A DNA stretch of 64,000 nt from Candidatus Poribacteria bacterium (GTDB lineage Bacteria > Poribacteria > WGA-4E > PCPOR2b). Where the stretch lies: assembly GCA_965198175.1 (NCBI GenBank), contig OZ240245.1, forward strand, positions 2,272,001 through 2,336,000. Direction: 5' to 3'. A model generated the notes under the pieces. It saw nothing but the letters and a program-made list of their open reading frames with translations, had not been told where the DNA came from and made no database searches. The position numbers were made by a program, and so were the translations under genes. Positions 30,712-41,078 of the stretch are shown here, piece after piece. How positions within the stretch are numbered: position 1 is the stretch's first letter; the number at the start of each line of letters is the position of its first letter.

Positions 30712-32136
30712 TTATACGGTCGGGTTTTCCAATCCGAGCTTCGCATACGACTCGGCAGTTGGGAAAATCTTGCCGGGATTGCACAGTCCTGATGGATTAA
30801 AGATATCTCTAACCGTAGTCATCACTGCGAGATCCTCCGGACTATAAATCAGCGGCATGTAATGCATCTTTTCAACTCCGATGCCGTGTTCTCCTGTGAT
30901 TGTGCCGCCCACTTCAGCACAAGCTGCTAGAATCTCCATATTCACCGCATCTGCCCGTTTACACTGATCCGGATCGCGTTCATCGAACAGGACGACCGGA
31001 TGGATATTTCCGTCGCCTGCATGAAAAACATTCGCGATAGGAATAGTGTATTTTTCAGAGATTTCTGCGACGCGGCGGAGAATTTTGGGAAGCTGCGTGC
31101 GAGGCACGACGCCGTCTTGTGTGATATAGCTTGGTGCAAGCCGGCCGAACGATCCGAAAGCACTCTTACGTGATTTCCAGATGTTCTGCCGGTCTGTTTC
31201 ATCTTTTGCATGGTGGACATCACGGCAATTGTGGGAATTGAAGATTTCAGTAATTTGCTCGGCTTGATGCTGCATACCCGCTTTGATTCCGTCCAATTCA
31301 ACGATGAGAACTGCGCCGGCATCAAGCGGGAAACCCCAATTAAAGGCTTCCTCAACCGTTTTGATTACCAAACTATCCATCATTTCTAGGGCAGCGGGGA
31401 GCATACCCGCGCCGATAATCCTAGAGACCGCGCTCGATGCATCATCAATGGTTTCAAATACTCCCATCAACGTTTGATAGGCTTGAGGTTTGCGCAAGAG
31501 CCGCACAATCGCCTTTGTGACGATGCCAAACGTCCCTTCACAGCCTATCATAAGCCCGCGGAGATCGTAACCCGGAGTTTCTTCAACATAGCCTCCAAAT
31601 TCGACAATTTCCCCGTCGGGCAGTACAACTTCTAGACCTAATACGTGGTCCGTGGTGACGCCATATTTCAGGGTATGAGGACCGCCTGAATTTTCTGCGA
31701 TGTTCCCACCGATGGTACACGCTTTTTGGCTGGATGGATCCGGAGCGTAATGGTAGCCTCGATCCTCAACCGCCTGGGTAAGCAGCAGATTAACAACACC
31801 AGGTTCAACCACAGCGCGTTGATTTCGTAGGTCAATCTCGAGAATGCGGTCCATTCGATTTAGAGCTATGATTATACCACCGTTGACAGCAAGCATACCT
31901 CCACTCAAACCGGTACCGCCGCCCCGCGCAATAAAAGGCACACGGTACCTGTTGGCTAGCTTTACAATCGTTGAGACTTGTTCTTTCGAGTCCGCAAAAA
32001 CAACGACATCTGGAGACGCTTTAAACAGCGTTGCTCCATCGCACTCATAGACGGAAAGCGCAGTTGAATCAGTGAGGACGTTCACCGCTCCGACGAGATC
32101 CGAGAGTTCACCGATTACGCGTTTTTTTTCGATCAT
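30712..32136 (-). CDS. glcD: Glycolate oxidase subunit GlcD
   Basis: RGGGTGLSGG, APDPSSQ, HAGDGNIHP and TGEHGIG. Confidence 0.93.
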   Translation of the reverse strand: MIEKKRVIGELSDLVGAVNVLTDSTALSVYECDGATLFKASPDVVVFADSKEQVSTIVKLANRYRVPFIARGGGTGLSGGMLAVNGGIIIALNRMDRILEIDLRNQRAVVEPGVVNLLLTQAVEDRGYHYAPDPSSQKACTIGGNIAENSGGPHTLKYGVTTDHVLGLEVVLPDGEIVEFGGYVEETPGYDLRGLMIGCEGTFGIVTKAIVRLLRKPQAYQTLMGVFETIDDASSAVSRIIGAGMLPAALEMMDSLVIKTVEEAFNWGFPLDAGAVLIVELDGIKAGMQHQAEQITEIFNSHNCRDVHHAKDETDRQNIWKSRKSAFGSFGRLAPSYITQDGVVPRTQLPKILRRVAEISEKYTIPIANVFHAGDGNIHPVVLFDERDPDQCKRADAVNMEILAACAEVGGTITGEHGIGVEKMHYMPLIYSPEDLAVMTTVRDIFNPSGLCNPGKIFPTAESYAKLGLENPTV

Positions 32137-32250
32137 CTGGGATACCTTCAAGGTATATCATCTATCACTCATCACATACATTGTCTTGAGTAAGAGTAAT
32201 CTCGAATTGGGCAATTATCAGTTCGGAATTTTTTAATGGTTGTAATTTAG

Positions 32251-35200
32251 TCAGATAAAGTTGCCATATTTCGGCTGTTCTCTGACACGTGTGGTACGAT
32301 TACTGGGCTTAGCGCAATTGTTGCCGAAAAGTTCCTCGATTTGTGAGACTAGCTTGGGCTGATAAGAGATGTTGTAGCGAGCGTTACATTGCGCAATAAC
32401 CTCGCCGTACTTAGGGCTCATCAGACGCAGAATAAGATCGCAATCGCCACGATTCTGTAAGCAGAGTTTTTGTAACGCATCAATCTTCTCTGAATTATCG
32501 ATATCTGTCTCAGGGATGGTGACTTCAACAGCAGATGTCATTTTTTCGACGACTTCATTGATTGGCTGCACTTCAGAAGCCTGAATCTGACGCACATCCT
32601 CTTCCATTTCATCGTCATTTCGTTTGTTTCTCTGCCTTCCAGAGCCGACATTGCCCCGTATCCACACGATGTTCCCTGGTTCAATAGCCGACTGGGAATC
32701 TTTGTATGCTTCTGGAAACACAACGACATCCGTGGCCCCTTCCAAATCTTCGATGACCATTATCGCCATCGGCTCGCCCTTCTTAGTTTTGGTTAGACGT
32801 ACCGAAGCTATCAAGCCAGCGACGTATACTTCTGTGCCGTTGGAGTGTTCAACAAGGGTTTGTGCGGACGCAGTTGTATAATATTTGAGGATGTCATCAT
32901 ATGCCTCCAACGGATGCCCAGAGAGGTAAAAGCCGAGTTGCTCTTTCTCGTTTTTTAGTAATTCATTATATGGCCACTTAGGTACATCATCAAGCACAAG
33001 TTGGGTAACTGGTATTTCTTGGTCAACAGCGCCAAAAAGATTCATTTGTCCCTTCTCTCGGTCTACTTGCGTACTCTGAGCCACTCTCATCACTTGCTCC
33101 AAGTTTGCCAAGTGTTTTGCTCTATGTCCTTCAAATGAATCGAATGCCCCTGCCATTATCAGGCTTTCAATAACCCGTTTGCTTGCCGACTTCGTATTGA
33201 CGCGCTCACAGAAATCTTGTAGTGATGTGAATGAACCATCCCTTTCTCGAGTTTTCACTATCGTTTCAATCGCACCTTCGTTGACATTCTTGACCGCAAC
33301 CAACCCAAAGCGGATATCCTTTCCGTCAACAGTGAAATCCCAACTGCTGCTGTTCACGTCGGGTGGAAGCACTTCCATCTTTATATTGAGAAATTCCGAC
33401 AACTCCCGGCATTCAGCGATGTACTTCACAATCTTATCGCTGGAACCGGATTCGCCACTCATCATTGACGCCATAAATTCACGGGGATAGTGAGTTTTGA
33501 GATAGGCTGTCTGATAAGACATAATCGAATAAGCGACTGTGTGTGCACGGTTAAAGGCGTATCGACCGAACGGTTCGAGATAGTCAAAAATTTCCTCCGC
33601 CTTTTCCGCTTTGATACCACTATTTACAGCACCATCAATGAATTTTGCGCGTTGCATTTTGACGACATCCATTTTCTTTTTGCTCATTGCATCGCAGAGA
33701 ACGGCGGCCTCGCCAAGCGTAAACCCAGCCATATCCCGTGCAATTTGCATCACCTGTTCCTGGTAGATACAAACGCCGTAAGTATTCTTTAGCGCATTTT
33801 CCAATGTCGGGTGAAGAGAGGTCACCTTCTCAACCTTAAGTTTTCGACGGATGTATTGATCCATCATACCGCTGTCAAGGGGTCCGGGGCGGTAAAGTGC
33901 AGAAATGGGTATGAAATCCTCAAAGTTGTTGGGTTTAATCTGCATGATGAGGCGGCGCATGCCCGGCGAGGTTTCTAACTGAAAGAGTCCCGCGACGAGG
34001 CCATGGCTGATTAACTGATATGTTTTTTCGTCATCGAGTGGAATCTCTTCAAGCGCAAGTTCAACACCGTGGCGCTCTTTAATCTGTGCGAGACAGTGGA
34101 AAACTTCACTTAAGGTTCGCAGACCGAGCAAGTCGAATTTGACCATGCCAACATCTTCAAGCATCTTGAGATTGTACTGTGTTGCAATACGGTCATTCTT
34201 GTCCTTGAAAAGTGGGACGTATTCAGTGAGAGGTCCGTTTGCCAATACAATTCCACATGCGTGGATGGAGACATGCCGCTTCATACCTTCAATCGATTTA
34301 GCGACCTCCATCATATCGCGATTGTCCGGGGTGTCAGCCAGCTCCCGCAAGCGTGGCACATCCTCCAATGACTCGCTAAGCGTGACTCCAGGAATGGCTG
34401 GAATTAATTGCGTAACCCTGCGAACATCTGACACCGCAATGTCGAGTGCACGTCCCACATCAGTAACGGCAGCTTTTGCAGCGAAAGTACTAAATGTTGC
34501 TACCTGTCCAACGCACTCTGCACCGTACTTATCCGTTAGGTAATCAATTACGATTTTCCGGTGTTCATCGCTGAAGTCGACGTCAATATCAGGCAGGCTA
34601 ACGCGCTCAAGATTTAGGAATCGCTCGAACAAGCAATCGTATTCTATTGGATTGTACGTTGTAACACCAAGCGCGTACATCGCCAAACTTCCACCAGACG
34701 ATCCGCGGCCAATGAAGGGAATACCCTGCTTTCGTGCAAAGCTGGCATAATCCCAAACAATCAGAAAATAGCCAGCGTATCCTGTCTTCTGGATCACATC
34801 AAGTTCATAGTCGAGTCGCGCTTTCATCTCTGTCGAGATTTCACCGTACTTTTCACGGAGCGCGTCATGGCAGAGCTCTGAAAGATACGAATCTGCTGTG
34901 TAACCGTTGGGAACTTCGTATTTCGGCATGATGTGTTCCCCGTAGTCGAGTTCAAGCTGGCATCGCTTAGCAATCTCAAGCGTATTCGTAATCGCTTCGG
35001 GCGGAAAATCTTTCAGCGCCACGTGCATCTCATCGGTGTTCTTAAAATAGAATTCGTTAAGGAAGCGGAGGCGGTTTTCTTCATTCACCGTGCGCTTCAT
35101 CTGAATACACAATAGCACATCATGCATCTTGTGATCCGACTTATCAAGATAGTGGCAGTCGTTTGTACCAACGATTGGCAGACCATGTTCTTGGGCGAGT

Positions 35201-35778
35201 TGCATTATCACCTGGTAGGCACGTTTCTCTTCAGGAATACCGTGATTCTGAACTTCGACGTACAAGTTGTCGCGCCCAATAACATCTTGCAGCACCCGAA
35301 AATTCTTTTCCGCCGTTTCGCGCTGGTTAGATGCCAAAAGCGCTGGGACATATCCCTGAATGCAGCCTGTCAGTGCGATGATGCCCTCACGGTATTCGCG
35401 TAAGATTTCCATATCGATTCGCGGCTTTGAATAAAATCCTTCAAGATAGCCGAGTGAAACAAGCCTCATTAGGTTTCGATAGCCTGTCGCGTTCTCTGCA
35501 AGCAGGGTCAGGTGATATGGACTGCCTTGCTCTTTCCCGCGCTCGTGTCGACTCTCAGGAGCAACATAGACCTCGCACCCAACAATTGGATTGACACCCT
35601 TGTCTTTTGCCTTCTTGTAGAATTCCCATGCGCCAAACATGTTGCCATGATCGGTCAGAGCGATTGCAGGTGTACTCGTTTGATAAGCCCAGTCAATCAT
35701 GCCTGCGATTCGACACGCACCATCAAGCAGACTGTACTCACTATGATTATGTAAATGTACAAACCCCGGTGTTGGCAT
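32251..35778 (-). CDS. dnaE: DNA polymerase III alpha subunit
   Basis: PHP motifs HLHNHSEYSLLDG and TDHGN, PDIDVD, YRPGP, and an OB-fold C-terminus. Confidence 0.98.
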   Translation of the reverse strand: MPTPGFVHLHNHSEYSLLDGACRIAGMIDWAYQTSTPAIALTDHGNMFGAWEFYKKAKDKGVNPIVGCEVYVAPESRHERGKEQGSPYHLTLLAENATGYRNLMRLVSLGYLEGFYSKPRIDMEILREYREGIIALTGCIQGYVPALLASNQRETAEKNFRVLQDVIGRDNLYVEVQNHGIPEEKRAYQVIMQLAQEHGLPIVGTNDCHYLDKSDHKMHDVLLCIQMKRTVNEENRLRFLNEFYFKNTDEMHVALKDFPPEAITNTLEIAKRCQLELDYGEHIMPKYEVPNGYTADSYLSELCHDALREKYGEISTEMKARLDYELDVIQKTGYAGYFLIVWDYASFARKQGIPFIGRGSSGGSLAMYALGVTTYNPIEYDCLFERFLNLERVSLPDIDVDFSDEHRKIVIDYLTDKYGAECVGQVATFSTFAAKAAVTDVGRALDIAVSDVRRVTQLIPAIPGVTLSESLEDVPRLRELADTPDNRDMMEVAKSIEGMKRHVSIHACGIVLANGPLTEYVPLFKDKNDRIATQYNLKMLEDVGMVKFDLLGLRTLSEVFHCLAQIKERHGVELALEEIPLDDEKTYQLISHGLVAGLFQLETSPGMRRLIMQIKPNNFEDFIPISALYRPGPLDSGMMDQYIRRKLKVEKVTSLHPTLENALKNTYGVCIYQEQVMQIARDMAGFTLGEAAVLCDAMSKKKMDVVKMQRAKFIDGAVNSGIKAEKAEEIFDYLEPFGRYAFNRAHTVAYSIMSYQTAYLKTHYPREFMASMMSGESGSSDKIVKYIAECRELSEFLNIKMEVLPPDVNSSSWDFTVDGKDIRFGLVAVKNVNEGAIETIVKTRERDGSFTSLQDFCERVNTKSASKRVIESLIMAGAFDSFEGHRAKHLANLEQVMRVAQSTQVDREKGQMNLFGAVDQEIPVTQLVLDDVPKWPYNELLKNEKEQLGFYLSGHPLEAYDDILKYYTTASAQTLVEHSNGTEVYVAGLIASVRLTKTKKGEPMAIMVIEDLEGATDVVVFPEAYKDSQSAIEPGNIVWIRGNVGSGRQRNKRNDDEMEEDVRQIQASEVQPINEVVEKMTSAVEVTIPETDIDNSEKIDALQKLCLQNRGDCDLILRLMSPKYGEVIAQCNARYNISYQPKLVSQIEELFGNNCAKPSNRTTRVREQPKYGNFI

Positions 35779-35974
35779 ATTTCACCCTTGTCTATTGCAG
35801 TTCGTAATACATCGTGTGTGGAAAGTAGGGCGTGTAAGTGTTGCGTAGACGTAAAGTGTCAAACGTGATTGTTAATTCAATCGCCATGTTCAAAGAACGT
35901 ACGAAGTGGTTTCCTTCTGAATCTCCCCGGCTGTTTCCTCTTTTCATTGTCCACCTTCTTAAACAGAGGGAAGT

Positions 35975-36805
35975 CTATTTCTGCAGTTTCGGAGGGGGAA
36001 GTCTCTTTTTGATCTCGTGAAAGCGTAGAGAATCTCGCCGGAGATTGGGCTTGCGCGGTCGACGAGCAATTTGTGAACGCACATTTTGAATCCGTTCATC
36101 AGTCGGTGGGTGCGTTGAAAAAAAACGTTCAAGTTGACCGGGTTGTCTTTTTTGTAATTTGCGCAGCGTTTCAAAGAACGTCGCTACGCCTTCCGGGTCA
36201 ATGCCGTCATCGTACATTCTCTGGACAGCGTACGCGTCAGCTTCTCTTTCGGCATCGCGACTATATTTCATCAGCGTCCCAGTCCTGGCGACGTTAGCAG
36301 CCAGTTTTTCCAATTGGTTTGGATCTTTCCCCAAAACTAACTGTTGCACTGCAGCAAAGCCGAGCTGCTTGGTTAACTGCTTTGCACCATGTCTGCCAAC
36401 AACGTGACCAATCTCGTGTCCCATCACACCTGCTAACTCAGATTCGTTTTCCGCAGCGCGGATGAGCCCAAGGTGTACATACACATAGCCGCCCGGTAAA
36501 GCAAAAGCGTTTACCGCCTCGGCGTCAACTACCTTGAAGTGATAGGCGATTTTATTCCTATTTGAATGTAGGACGAGTCGTTGCCCGAGTTCGTTGATGT
36601 ATTCTGTAACTACAGGGTCGCGCGTGTAGAGCGTAAGCTCCTTTTCCATCTCTGACGAGAAAAGATTACCAAGCTTTATCTCATCTTCTACACTAAAAAT
36701 ATTCACCTCACTTAATACCGTTGCGCAACTTGTCAATCCACTGATTGACAGCATAACGAAAATGAGATGAATAGTCATTCGGACGAGTATATTTATTTTG
36801 CGCAT
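35975..36805 (-). CDS. M48 family zinc metalloprotease lipoprotein
   Basis: Lipobox LTSC, NAFALPGG, HEIGH, EREAD and STHP. Confidence 0.93.
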   Translation of the reverse strand: MRKINILVRMTIHLIFVMLSISGLTSCATVLSEVNIFSVEDEIKLGNLFSSEMEKELTLYTRDPVVTEYINELGQRLVLHSNRNKIAYHFKVVDAEAVNAFALPGGYVYVHLGLIRAAENESELAGVMGHEIGHVVGRHGAKQLTKQLGFAAVQQLVLGKDPNQLEKLAANVARTGTLMKYSRDAEREADAYAVQRMYDDGIDPEGVATFFETLRKLQKRQPGQLERFFSTHPPTDERIQNVRSQIARRPRKPNLRRDSLRFHEIKKRLPPPKLQK

Positions 36806-37013
36806 TGGCGAGGTTTAGTTTCTTTGCATCAAAATTTCGTTCTTATGCTCAATATTGTAGTATTCGGGGAGCTGCAATTTGCAAGTTGATTTCGTCACAT
36901 TTGTAGCAATTGAATCGATTCATGATCTGTATTATAACCTATTTCCTGAAGGCTGTAAAGTAGTCTCCATTGTACAGGCAAAAAATCGCAAGAAACAAAC
37001 CGGACATTCGAGG

Positions 37014-37679
37014 TTATGGTTTAACAGTTTTGAAATAGAGGCAGTATGTCGTGAAAGGGCACCGATCACATTCAGGTTTTCGGGCATGACAAATCTGCCG
37101 TCCAAAGGTAATTAAGTTCATATGAAACGGAAGCGACTTTCCCAGCGGGACGATTTGTGGCATCACTTCATGTGCCTTTTCCGCAGTACAATTCGACGGT
37201 ACCAATCCAAGTCGCCGACTAATCCGTAGAACGTGTGTATCGACGGGAAAAACCTCATGTCCGCAAGCGAAGGTAAGTGTGACTGAAGCAGTTTTAATAC
37301 CGATACCTTTGTGCTGACACAGGAGTTGGATAGCTTCCGCTGTTTTCATTCCGCAAATAAACTCCAAATCCAGCTTCCCACCATCCGCCTTAAGCCATGT
37401 CAGGAAATTTTTAATCGTCTGGCTTTTCTGTACATGCAGACCTGCAATTCTGATTGTCTCTCCAATCTCCTCGACATCTGCTTCGCGTACCTCCTCCCAT
37501 ATGGGGAAACGCTCCTTGAGAGCCGTGAAACCCTTGTCACGATTAACGTCGTTAGTGTTTTGAGATAGGACAGTACGAATAAGACAATCCAGAACGTTCG
37601 TGTCCGCTTCACGCTCAGGGATGCCGTAAAGTTTTTCTAAAGTATCGGAAATTTTCTGTGTTCTCCGTTTAAGATTCAA
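37014..37679 (-). CDS. nth: Endonuclease III-like HhH-GPD glycosylase
   Basis: LSQNTND, GIGIKTA, PVDTHV and CHARKPECDRC......C. Confidence 0.9.
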   Translation of the reverse strand: MNLKRRTQKISDTLEKLYGIPEREADTNVLDCLIRTVLSQNTNDVNRDKGFTALKERFPIWEEVREADVEEIGETIRIAGLHVQKSQTIKNFLTWLKADGGKLDLEFICGMKTAEAIQLLCQHKGIGIKTASVTLTFACGHEVFPVDTHVLRISRRLGLVPSNCTAEKAHEVMPQIVPLGKSLPFHMNLITFGRQICHARKPECDRCPFTTYCLYFKTVKP

Positions 37680-37744
37680 ATAATACCTCCAAACGGAATA
37701 GTAGGTTTGTTCATTGAAGCGTATTAACCAAACGGTATATTCCG

Positions 37745-38890
37745 CTAAAACACACGATAATTGAGTGTTATCAGAAAATTCTGTTTTAGCTTGGTTTGCC
37801 CACGCTTTTCCAATTCTACACTCGTTGTCAAATTGATTTGGTTTTCGATAAAGAAGACAAAAACCAGTTTTAACGAATTGTTTATCTGCGCGTCATCGTG
37901 TTTCGCTCGTTTTTCTATTTCTAGCAGATGGCGAGTGACAAAATCGATACGATTGGTCACTTCATAGGAGAAATCGCTTGCTGAGATGATATTGTACGTT
38001 CTGAGAAAATTTCCTCCGACTTGGCTATTGGCGGTGAATCGTTCGTTGAGTTGAGCGCGCCAATTGATTGGCAGTGAATACCTTGCGGTAATATCCGCGG
38101 CAGGAGCAACACGTTTTTCTAAGGATTCGGACGTCAATAATTCAAGTTTGGCGCCCAATGTGACATCCCAGCCATAAAATCGATCGGAAATATTCTCCCG
38201 AAACAACACCTCGTCCATTCTCAGTATGCCCACGGCGTCTATTTCCTCCCTTTTCAACATTTTAGAATGTTTGATTATTTCTGCCATGTCATCGTACCAA
38301 AAACGCTTAAACGCCTCTCTATAACGTGTCCTGTATTCTCCGCGCTTTTCAATGATCTGGCCCAATTTTACCATGGTTTCTGCCGGCAAATCATCGTGCA
38401 GTTGATCGGAATACAACAGAAAATCTTCAATTCGCACAGCCTTCGCCAAGGCTGTCGCGTTAATAAAGCGTCCGAACCCAAAACCAATTGTGACATCTAG
38501 AGTCGGGTGATTGTAGCTTTTCAGGTATGCGCTGTGGGGATTCACAGATCCAAAGAATTTTCGGTGCGGCCAGATGTATCGCCTTAGCCGCCAATCTATA
38601 TCTGCGTTGTAATCGTTAGAATGTCTCTCTCGAGATGCCGCCCAAATCAGGTCGAATGAATATCCGTAAGTCAAAGACTCGTAAAAGGTGTTATACACTG
38701 TTCCAATTCTACCGTGATTACTGGTTGTCTCCTTTCCATCACTCGCATAGTTGTAGTTAAAATCAATTAGAAAACTGTGTGCCGAACTCACGGGGACCTT
38801 ATAGTCTTTGATTAATAAATTTTGGGAAAACGCCTCGGTTCCTGTGATTACAAATGCTAAATAAATAAGATTCGTTGCAATGCGTTTCAT
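37745..38890 (-). CDS. Putative outer-membrane protein, paralog of 39820-41049
   Basis: Signal peptide; shares DYxVPVS, GRxIxATALAKAVRIE, DRFYGWDVTLG and C-terminal LNYRVF with the paralog. Confidence 0.75.
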   Translation of the reverse strand: MKRIATNLIYLAFVITGTEAFSQNLLIKDYKVPVSSAHSFLIDFNYNYASDGKETTSNHGRIGTVYNTFYESLTYGYSFDLIWAASRERHSNDYNADIDWRLRRYIWPHRKFFGSVNPHSAYLKSYNHPTLDVTIGFGFGRFINATALAKAVRIEDFLLYSDQLHDDLPAETMVKLGQIIEKRGEYRTRYREAFKRFWYDDMAEIIKHSKMLKREEIDAVGILRMDEVLFRENISDRFYGWDVTLGAKLELLTSESLEKRVAPAADITARYSLPINWRAQLNERFTANSQVGGNFLRTYNIISASDFSYEVTNRIDFVTRHLLEIEKRAKHDDAQINNSLKLVFVFFIENQINLTTSVELEKRGQTKLKQNFLITLNYRVF

Positions 38891-39000
38891 ATCAGATTTT
38901 CCTAGTCGAGACAACGGCAGAATTATGCAAATCATGAGTCAAATAGCGCTGTCTTTAATTCCTACGTCTTGGTTGTCTCTATAACTCAAATGTCACAGTC

Positions 39001-39819
39001 CTACCGTTCATTGGAAAGAACTTCATATTTCACGAGCGTAATGATATTCTCGTCTTTTGAATCCTTTTGCTTAATAACCCTATACGGGTATTCCTTCTCA
39101 ACCCAAAATAGGAATTTGGTTTTAACGATTTTTCCCTTTAGCCCGGAGACACCTGTTTCAATGAAGTAACAGTCGAAAGTACCCAATGTCGTTTTAATTT
39201 TTTGTTCGGCTTTGATCTTGGCGTACACTCCTACTACGTGATCGGCGGTGACAAGTATAAATTTCACCTTCTCCTTTTTGAATGGATAACCGCGAATCAC
39301 TTCTAAAATCGTATTGACATCGTAGCTATCCTCTCGAATCTCCTTCACTACATTTCGCTTTGGACCAGGATAGATAAAACGGACGCGCTGTTCGGAGCGA
39401 TGTTTATAGTATTCGATGGAGTATTTTTGCTGTCCGGAATCGTCGCGTTGTTCGATGGAGACTGGTCGGAGGTTATCTGCCCTCACAACCAATCTCTGGG
39501 AATCTGTTGAGATAACATAAACGACTTGGCCTTCGTAATTTTCGCGTGCAATTTTATGGATTGAGAAATGGATTTTGCCCTTTTGGTTAACCTCATAGGT
39601 AGACTTTTCTATGGTTGGGAAATGAGGGTCACGGAATGGCGGCGGTTTAACGTCGCATAACCCAATCGAAGTCAAAACGGTAGGGAAAAAGATTAACCCA
39701 CTGAACACTAAGCGTGAAAGGTGAAGCGTATAATGTGCAATGAAAATCCTCGAATTAGCAAATCCAAAACATCTTCCCATTTGCATCTTTGCCCATTGTC
39801 CGATTCGCGTTTCATTCAA
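39001..39819 (-). CDS. Hypothetical exported protein (DUF3108-like)
   Basis: KIKTTLGTFDCYFI...FWVEKEYPYRVIK motif; start uncertain. Confidence 0.6.
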   Translation of the reverse strand: MNETRIGQWAKMQMGRCFGFANSRIFIAHYTLHLSRLVFSGLIFFPTVLTSIGLCDVKPPPFRDPHFPTIEKSTYEVNQKGKIHFSIHKIARENYEGQVVYVISTDSQRLVVRADNLRPVSIEQRDDSGQQKYSIEYYKHRSEQRVRFIYPGPKRNVVKEIREDSYDVNTILEVIRGYPFKKEKVKFILVTADHVVGVYAKIKAEQKIKTTLGTFDCYFIETGVSGLKGKIVKTKFLFWVEKEYPYRVIKQKDSKDENIITLVKYEVLSNER

Positions 39820-41049
39820 CTAGAAGACGCGGTAGTTGAGTGCAATGGTAAAATTGGTAGTGATGCTTTCCTCTGGCGCCTTTTCGATCTGTTGCGTTGC
39901 CACCAAGTTTACGTTGTTCTCGATGTAGTAGAGGAACGAAAGTCCGAACGAATGGCTAGCCTGTGTGTCCTCTGCTTCGGGTTTTTCTAACCGAATCAGA
40001 TGTCGAAGGCGAAGGTCGACGCGGTTGGACAGTTCGTAAGAAATATCGCTTGACAGCGACGACGAGTATGCTTTTCCCAACCCATCAAATGGTGTGTTGA
40101 TTGAAATACGCTCGCTGACCTGCCACCGCCACGTAATTGGGCGGGCATAGCTGGCACTCAAATCAAGATTGACGGGTGGACGATTTTCGCCTGTAATCGG
40201 TCTGGAGATATCGAATTTGGAGCCGAGGGTTACGTCCCATCCGTAAAACCGATCTGCGATATGCTCACGTTCAAGAACTTCCTCAATGCGAAGAATTCCG
40301 ACTGCACCGAGCGCATCTTCCTTGAGAAGACCCGACTCACGCATAATCGCTTCCATGTCGTCATACCACTCTTTTTCGTAGGTCTCACCATATCTGTCTT
40401 CATATTCTCTTTCACGATTGATAATTTTGCTAATTTCAAGAATCGCTGCTTTGGGCAGATGGTCTCTGAGTTCTCCCTCTCTAATGAGAAATGTTTCAAT
40501 CCGAACTGCTTTTGCTAGTGCAGTTGCTTCAATGAGTCGCCCATATCCTAAACCAACAGTGACTGCAGAAGCGGGTTGATCGTAATCCCTGCGCATGTTC
40601 GAATTGAAACGCACGGAACCAAATAAATTTCTGAGCGACTTATGATTCTGCATAAGATACTTTTTGACACGTGCATCTCCATCCGCATGATAATCTGTTT
40701 TATACGCTTGTTTTTCTATGTTTCTATCGACCAGTCCTGAACCAATAATGTCAATGGAATATCCGAATGGCAAGGAATCATAAAACCTATTGTAGACACT
40801 GCCAATGCTTCCTGTGCTGGTTGTAATAGTCGAGCCTGTTGCGGCGTGGTTCATGGAGAAATCAATAAAGAGGCGATCCGCAGTGCTAACTGGCACTTGA
40901 TAGTCAGTAACAGAAATCTTCTGCGCAGACACGTTGCTCGCGACAAGAGCAGAGATTGCGATTATTAATATACCCCAACTCAGTCCACTGAACATGCCTT
41001 TCCCTTTGAAATCATAGCGGTTTGTTGCAAAGACGATTGTCAAGCTCAT
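39820..41049 (-). CDS. Putative outer-membrane protein, paralog of 37745-38890
   Basis: Signal peptide (start may be at 40995); same conserved blocks as the paralog; C-terminal Phe. Confidence 0.75.
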   Translation of the reverse strand: MSLTIVFATNRYDFKGKGMFSGLSWGILIIAISALVASNVSAQKISVTDYQVPVSTADRLFIDFSMNHAATGSTITTSTGSIGSVYNRFYDSLPFGYSIDIIGSGLVDRNIEKQAYKTDYHADGDARVKKYLMQNHKSLRNLFGSVRFNSNMRRDYDQPASAVTVGLGYGRLIEATALAKAVRIETFLIREGELRDHLPKAAILEISKIINREREYEDRYGETYEKEWYDDMEAIMRESGLLKEDALGAVGILRIEEVLEREHIADRFYGWDVTLGSKFDISRPITGENRPPVNLDLSASYARPITWRWQVSERISINTPFDGLGKAYSSSLSSDISYELSNRVDLRLRHLIRLEKPEAEDTQASHSFGLSFLYYIENNVNLVATQQIEKAPEESITTNFTIALNYRVF

Positions 41050-41078
41050 ACAGCTATTGCAGTCACAGTGTGGTGCGA

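Noticed and set aside
32251..35778. Intein in dnaE
   Set aside because: Length (1175 aa) is normal and no splicing motifs were seen.
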